Shown here: positions 59,373-64,000 of the stretch, piece after piece | Position numbering within the stretch: the stretch's first letter is position 1 | How the letters are laid out: each line of letters opens with the position of its first letter | From: Sulfurospirillaceae bacterium | GTDB taxonomy: Bacteria > Campylobacterota > Campylobacteria > Campylobacterales > Sulfurospirillaceae | NCBI GenBank assembly: GCA_033723415.1 | Contig: JAWVXD010000004.1 | Coordinates: forward strand, 160,001-224,000 | Direction: 5' to 3' | DNA: 64,000 bases | Notes under the pieces: generated by a model | Told to the model about the DNA's origin: nothing | Databases searched by the model: none | What the model saw: only the letters and a program-made list of their open reading frames with translations | Translations under genes and position numbers: made by a program

Positions 59373-61269
59373 AGTATTTTATAAGATATATCATGGAAAT
59401 TTAGCATTTTCGGCCATTGAGGAAGAAGCTCTTTGTGAAGTGATCGATAAGACGTATTTTGCTCTTCTTGTCCTTATTGAGACAGAAGGTATAAAAGTAG
59501 GCTTAGAACTCAGCGGTTACACACTGGAGAAAATCCAAGAACTGAGACCTTTGTGGATCAAACAATTTCAAAAACTACACAAAAAAGGACTTATTGAACT
59601 CATAGGTAGCGGTTATATGCAGATGATTGCTCCTTTAGTCCCTTATGATGTCAATAAACAAAATCAACTGCTTGGATTAAAAGTATATAAAAATATTTTG
59701 GGCATAACTCCCTCTATAGTCTATGTTAATGAACAAACATTTTCTTTATCTCTAGTTGATTTGTATCATGAGACAGGATATAAAGCAATTGCTATGGAGT
59801 GGAATAATGCGTATGCACTGCACCAAGAGTGGCCAAAGCATTATGCTAATCAACCGGTATTAATCAAAGGATTAAAAAAGTCTATGCCTGTTTTGTGGAC
59901 AGATTCTATCCTTTTTCAACAATTTCAAAGAACTGTGCATAATCAGCAAACCATAGATGACTATGAAGTTTTTTTTCAAGATTACTTACACAATGAATAT
60001 AAATATGCACCGATCTATAGCTCAGATATTGAAATATTTAACTACCGTCCTGGAAGATTTGAAACTGAAGCGGTTATCGAACACGACGAATGGAAAAATA
60101 TATCCGCATTATGCAAATTCATACAACAACACGGCTCATTCGAGCTTCCCTCTCATGTCCTAGAAACAGGATTAAAATCTGATATCGTACTATCTTTAAC
60201 AGATGCGTCAAAACCTATTTTGGTAAAGAAACAAGACAAATACTCTCTTAGCAGATGGGCGGCTTGCGGACATGATGCCAATTATATAAACACATTGGCT
60301 TTAAATTATTATCATACAATCGACAAATCAAATCTAGAAGAATGGAAATTATGTTTGAAATATTGGGGGAGTGATTATCGAACACACACCACTCAAAAAA
60401 AATGGAAAGATGCAATAGCATTTCTGACATCAAAGATACCAAACACTGACAAAGAAGTCGAAATAGGCAAAGATTGTCTCTATATAAATAAAATAAAAGA
60501 TAAGCTTGTATTTGAAAAAGATGAGTACAAACTTGTGTTCTTATCCAACAAAGGGCTTGCCTTAGATAGCATTGCTATAAAAAACAAAAAACTGCCTTTT
60601 GGAACCATGAAGCACGGAAGCCTGTCAAATATAGGTTACGTTGCCGATTTTTTCACCGGTTCAAGCGTCATAGAATCAGCCGCAACAAAAAAAATCACTG
60701 ACTTGGTTTGCGTTGACAATTATCGATTTGTAGCACTTGAGCAAGGAAGATTCAAGCTTAGTACGACTATTAATATGAAAGGTATCGCTACTGAATACAA
60801 GGCTTGGATCATTGATACAGAAAAAAATTCACTCACCTTGCAGATAGAACTCCAACTTCATGAGTTAATACAAGGGAGCATACGCCTTGGGGCCTTCACA
60901 TTAACCTCAGACAATACACAAGCTCCTCTTTGGTATAAGTGTAAAAATGGGGGAGAAGATTATGAACAATACAAACTAACTAATAAAAAAATAGACCAAC
61001 ATCTTTCTAAATCGCTGCTACAGAGTAGCACAAGCGGACTTGGGATAACAGACGGTACGATTATATTTGCAGAAGGCGAAAAAACAATCTTATCTTTAGA
61101 TATCAATCAAAAATATTCATATCCTTTTGTGATGTTGCAAAACCATCCTGATTTTGATAAGAATCTCACAAGATTATTTTTTAGTCTCCAAGAAATTGAT
61201 GATACACTCAAACATAATGAACAAAAACTAAAAAGAAAACTCTGCTTGGAATACTCCATCAATTTTTAA
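59365..61269 (+). CDS. GH57-like (beta/alpha)7-barrel carbohydrate-active protein
   Basis: HGNL.FS, ELSGYTLE, E.IGSGY.Q.IAPL, NEQ, SD.EIF motifs. Confidence 0.65.
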   Translation: MSKVFYKIYHGNLAFSAIEEEALCEVIDKTYFALLVLIETEGIKVGLELSGYTLEKIQELRPLWIKQFQKLHKKGLIELIGSGYMQMIAPLVPYDVNKQNQLLGLKVYKNILGITPSIVYVNEQTFSLSLVDLYHETGYKAIAMEWNNAYALHQEWPKHYANQPVLIKGLKKSMPVLWTDSILFQQFQRTVHNQQTIDDYEVFFQDYLHNEYKYAPIYSSDIEIFNYRPGRFETEAVIEHDEWKNISALCKFIQQHGSFELPSHVLETGLKSDIVLSLTDASKPILVKKQDKYSLSRWAACGHDANYINTLALNYYHTIDKSNLEEWKLCLKYWGSDYRTHTTQKKWKDAIAFLTSKIPNTDKEVEIGKDCLYINKIKDKLVFEKDEYKLVFLSNKGLALDSIAIKNKKLPFGTMKHGSLSNIGYVADFFTGSSVIESAATKKITDLVCVDNYRFVALEQGRFKLSTTINMKGIATEYKAWIIDTEKNSLTLQIELQLHELIQGSIRLGAFTLTSDNTQAPLWYKCKNGGEDYEQYKLTNKKIDQHLSKSLLQSSTSGLGITDGTIIFAEGEKTILSLDINQKYSYPFVMLQNHPDFDKNLTRLFFSLQEIDDTLKHNEQKLKRKLCLEYSINF

Positions 61270-61366
61270 AGATAAAATATATGAAGGACTTAGATGATTT
61301 TAGATATCATTTTCGCATTTATCTTGCTATATAAAGCGCATTGCATAAATTTTAAAGGATGAGAAT

Positions 61367-62425
61367 ATGAAAATATTAGTTACGGGAGCAGCTGGTTTTA
61401 TCGGTTACCATCTTTCTAAAAAACTTTTAGAAAGAGGAGATGAAGTCATAGGCATAGATAATCTCAATAATTATTATGATATAACTTTAAAATACGCAAG
61501 ATTAAATGAACTTGGCATTAAAAAAGAAGAGATAAAAGACAATATCTTAGCTCCTTCAAAAACTTATTTAAAACATAAGTTCATCAAAATGGATTTAGTC
61601 GATCAAACAGCGCTGCTGAACCTTTTCAATACAGAAAACTTTGATGCAGTATGCAATTTGGCAGCACAAGCAGGAGTCCGCTACTCCTTAGAAAATCCTC
61701 ATGCTTATATAGATTCAAATATAGTAGGATTTTTAAATCTTTTAGAAGCTTGTAGACACAATAGTATGAAAAATCTATGCTTTGCATCAAGTTCTTCTGT
61801 TTACGGGTTAAATGAATCTCAGCCTTTTAACACAAAAGATCATACGGACCATCCGGTCAGTTTATACGCTGCAACAAAAAAATCAAATGAGATGATGGCA
61901 CATGCTTATTCTCATCTTTACAATATTTCAACTACCGGTTTAAGATTTTTTACCGTTTACGGACCATGGGGCAGACCGGATATGGCGCCTATGCTTTTTG
62001 CGGATGCAATACTACATGACAAGAGTATTAAAGTATTCAATAACGGAGACATGAGTAGAGATTTTACATATATAGATGATATTATTGACGGCGTTGTTAA
62101 AGTGATTGACAATCCGGCGCAGGCAAATAAAAATTTTAATCCAAAAGACTCAAATCCGGCTATTTCCTCTGCTCCTTACCGACTCTATAATATAGGCAAT
62201 AACTCTCCGGTTAAATTGATGGATTTTATTAGTATATTGGAAGATTCAATAGGCATCAAAGCCAAAAAAAAATATTTACCGATGCAAGATGGTGATGTTG
62301 TTTCCACATATGCCGACACTAATGATTTAATTCATGATTTCAGTTATAAACCTGAAACTGATTTATCCGAAGGGATTAGAAAATTTGTGGCATGGTATAA
62401 ATCGTTTTATGGAGTAGAGATATGA
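61367..62425 (+). CDS. UDP-glucuronate 4-epimerase (NAD-dependent epimerase)
   Basis: [45 protein letters not shown]. Confidence 0.93.
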   Translation: MKILVTGAAGFIGYHLSKKLLERGDEVIGIDNLNNYYDITLKYARLNELGIKKEEIKDNILAPSKTYLKHKFIKMDLVDQTALLNLFNTENFDAVCNLAAQAGVRYSLENPHAYIDSNIVGFLNLLEACRHNSMKNLCFASSSSVYGLNESQPFNTKDHTDHPVSLYAATKKSNEMMAHAYSHLYNISTTGLRFFTVYGPWGRPDMAPMLFADAILHDKSIKVFNNGDMSRDFTYIDDIIDGVVKVIDNPAQANKNFNPKDSNPAISSAPYRLYNIGNNSPVKLMDFISILEDSIGIKAKKKYLPMQDGDVVSTYADTNDLIHDFSYKPETDLSEGIRKFVAWYKSFYGVEI

Positions 62426-63591
62426 AGATAGCAATAGTCGGAACAGGTTATGTTGGATTATCAAATGGTATTTTACTTTCTTTACACAATGAAGTGGTGG
62501 CGTTAGATATTATTCCCGAAAAAGTGGAAATGCTAAATAAAAAAATTTCTCCCATAGAAGACAAAGATATAGAAACATTCTTGCAAAGAGATGATTTAAA
62601 CTTCAGAGCCACCCTCAATAAGGAAGAAGCATATATCGGTGCACAATATATCATAATAGCAACTCCAACCGATTATGATGAAAAGAACAACTGTTTTAAT
62701 ACAAAATCAATAGAATACGTTATCTCTGATATTTTAAATATAAATCCAAATACAACTATCGTTATCAAATCTACTATTCCTGTTGGATATGTCAAGAGTT
62801 TAAAAGAGAAGTTTAACATCGACAATATAATGTTTTCACCGGAGTTCCTAAGGGAAGGTTCCGCTCTTCATGACAATTTATACCCAAACAGAATAATAGT
62901 AGGAGAGAAAAGTGAACGTGCTGAAATATTTGCACATCTTCTTGCTAAAAGTGCTATTAAAAAAGACATTCCCATCCTTTTCACTGATTCAGATGAGGCT
63001 GAAGCGATAAAACTGTTCGCGAATACATATCTTGCTATGAGGATTGCGTATTTTAATGAGCTTGATTCTTACGCTCAGTTACGCGGTCTCGACACACAAC
63101 AAATCATAGAAGGCATTGGATTAGACCCAAGAATAGGGATGTATTATAACAACCCAAGCTTTGGATATGGAGGATATTGTTTACCAAAAGATACAAAGCA
63201 GTTATTGGCAAACTACTCTGATGTGCCAAATAATATTATAGAAGCAATTGTAAAATCAAATAGTACGAGAAAAGATTTCATAGCAGATAGTATATTGGCT
63301 ATGAATCCAAAAACCGTTGGTATTTATCGTCTCGTTATGAAATCCGGTTCGGATAATTTTAGGAGTAGTGCCATCCAGGGGATCATGAAAAGGATCAAAG
63401 CAAAAGGCATAGAAGTTGTCATCTATGAACCGACTTTTCAGGAAAATTTATTTTTTAATTCAAAAATTATAAAAGATTTGGAAGAATTTAAAATCATATC
63501 TGATGTCATCGTAGCAAATAGAATCTCTGATGATATTAGAGATGTATCAGATAAAATATATAGTCGAGACATATTCAATAGTGATAGTTGA
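62422..63591 (+). CDS. ugd: UDP-glucose 6-dehydrogenase
   Basis: [44 protein letters not shown]. Confidence 0.95.
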   Translation: MKIAIVGTGYVGLSNGILLSLHNEVVALDIIPEKVEMLNKKISPIEDKDIETFLQRDDLNFRATLNKEEAYIGAQYIIIATPTDYDEKNNCFNTKSIEYVISDILNINPNTTIVIKSTIPVGYVKSLKEKFNIDNIMFSPEFLREGSALHDNLYPNRIIVGEKSERAEIFAHLLAKSAIKKDIPILFTDSDEAEAIKLFANTYLAMRIAYFNELDSYAQLRGLDTQQIIEGIGLDPRIGMYYNNPSFGYGGYCLPKDTKQLLANYSDVPNNIIEAIVKSNSTRKDFIADSILAMNPKTVGIYRLVMKSGSDNFRSSAIQGIMKRIKAKGIEVVIYEPTFQENLFFNSKIIKDLEEFKIISDVIVANRISDDIRDVSDKIYSRDIFNSDS

Positions 63592-63626
63592 GTGCAATAA
63601 ATAGAAGTAATTTTAGGGAGTACTAA

Positions 63627-64000
63627 ATGAATCAAATAGAACAAAAAGCTATAGAAACTTTTCAAAACAATTTATCGCTTTTATCGGAAAAACATCCGGA
63701 AGTTTTTAGAAAAGTAGATATTTTAAATCAAGCTATTGAAAATGGCTCTTACAAAGAACGATATGCGCTAGAATACAAAGATGGGTATTTTGATATTTTA
63801 GATACTGTTACAAATGATTGGCTATATGGAAGTTCAAGCATAGATCAAGCTAAAAAAGCTGCAAAAGATATAAATTATAAAAAAAGTACCGGAGTAATTG
63901 AAACATTTTATAACTACAATTTTACAGAAGAGGCAATACAAGCAGCAAATAAAGAAGATCCTACCGCTTCACCGTTTGTTCTAACAGCCCCTGTGATCGG
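63627..64000 (+). CDS. Probable motility-associated factor (Maf/DUF115) glycosyltransferase, truncated by the window end
   Basis: GGAG RBS; MNQIEQKAIETFQNNL..L...HP....K......IENG.Y.ERY.LEYKDGYFDI resembles Campylobacterota Maf N-termini; context of a pse cluster; catalytic domain not visible. Confidence 0.55.
   Translation, partial: MNQIEQKAIETFQNNLSLLSEKHPEVFRKVDILNQAIENGSYKERYALEYKDGYFDILDTVTNDWLYGSSSIDQAKKAAKDINYKKSTGVIETFYNYNFTEEAIQAANKEDPTASPFVLTAPVI

Noticed and set aside
50821..64000. Phase-variable poly-G tracts typical of Campylobacter glycosylation loci
   Set aside because: No long G/C homopolymers seen by eye, and the reading frames are intact
1..64000. tRNA, rRNA, transposase, integrase or prophage genes
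   Set aside because: None recognised by eye; tRNAscan-SE/Infernal were not run, so small RNAs could have been missed

Overview
AT-rich chromosomal segment of a Campylobacterota (epsilonproteobacterial, Sulfurospirillum/Campylobacteraceae-like) bacterium; this placement is inferred from gene content and order. The window has five parts. (1) Housekeeping genes: beta-carbonic anhydrase, DsrE-like protein, carboxy(nor)spermidine dehydrogenase, rdgB. (2) A complete urea-assimilation block: urtABCDE-ureD-ureA(fused gamma/beta)-ureC-ureEFG. (3) A long minus-strand respiratory region: TorD-like chaperone, NrfD/PsrC, Tat-exported Psr/Phs-type molybdoenzyme, PsrB-like ferredoxin, a secreted protein ending in -EGC, a Rieske protein and a compact cytochrome b. 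After about 4.5 kb of interrupting, apparently foreign genes come paralogous 12-heme and 8-heme c-cytochromes and a cytochrome bd operon with small subunits; moaD-moaE-moeA lie upstream. (4) Core genes: mqnA, gdhA, upp, malic enzyme, gltX, surA-like, accBC, dcd. (5) A flagellin-glycosylation (pseudaminic-acid-like) cluster in which pseB survives only as a 3' remnant and no PseH is visible, but a methyltransferase, ThDP enzyme, SDR, ATP-grasp ligase and GH57-like protein are present, followed by a maf gene. Signals not in the ORF track: a structured intergenic repeat with compensatory base changes that supplies the RBS of downstream genes and forms a 53-codon ORF bridging ureA and ureC; a decayed second cytochrome-b 3' end directly upstream of the 12-heme gene; a pseB remnant; and several small ORFs. 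All assignments come from motif reading and recalled family knowledge; no searches were run.
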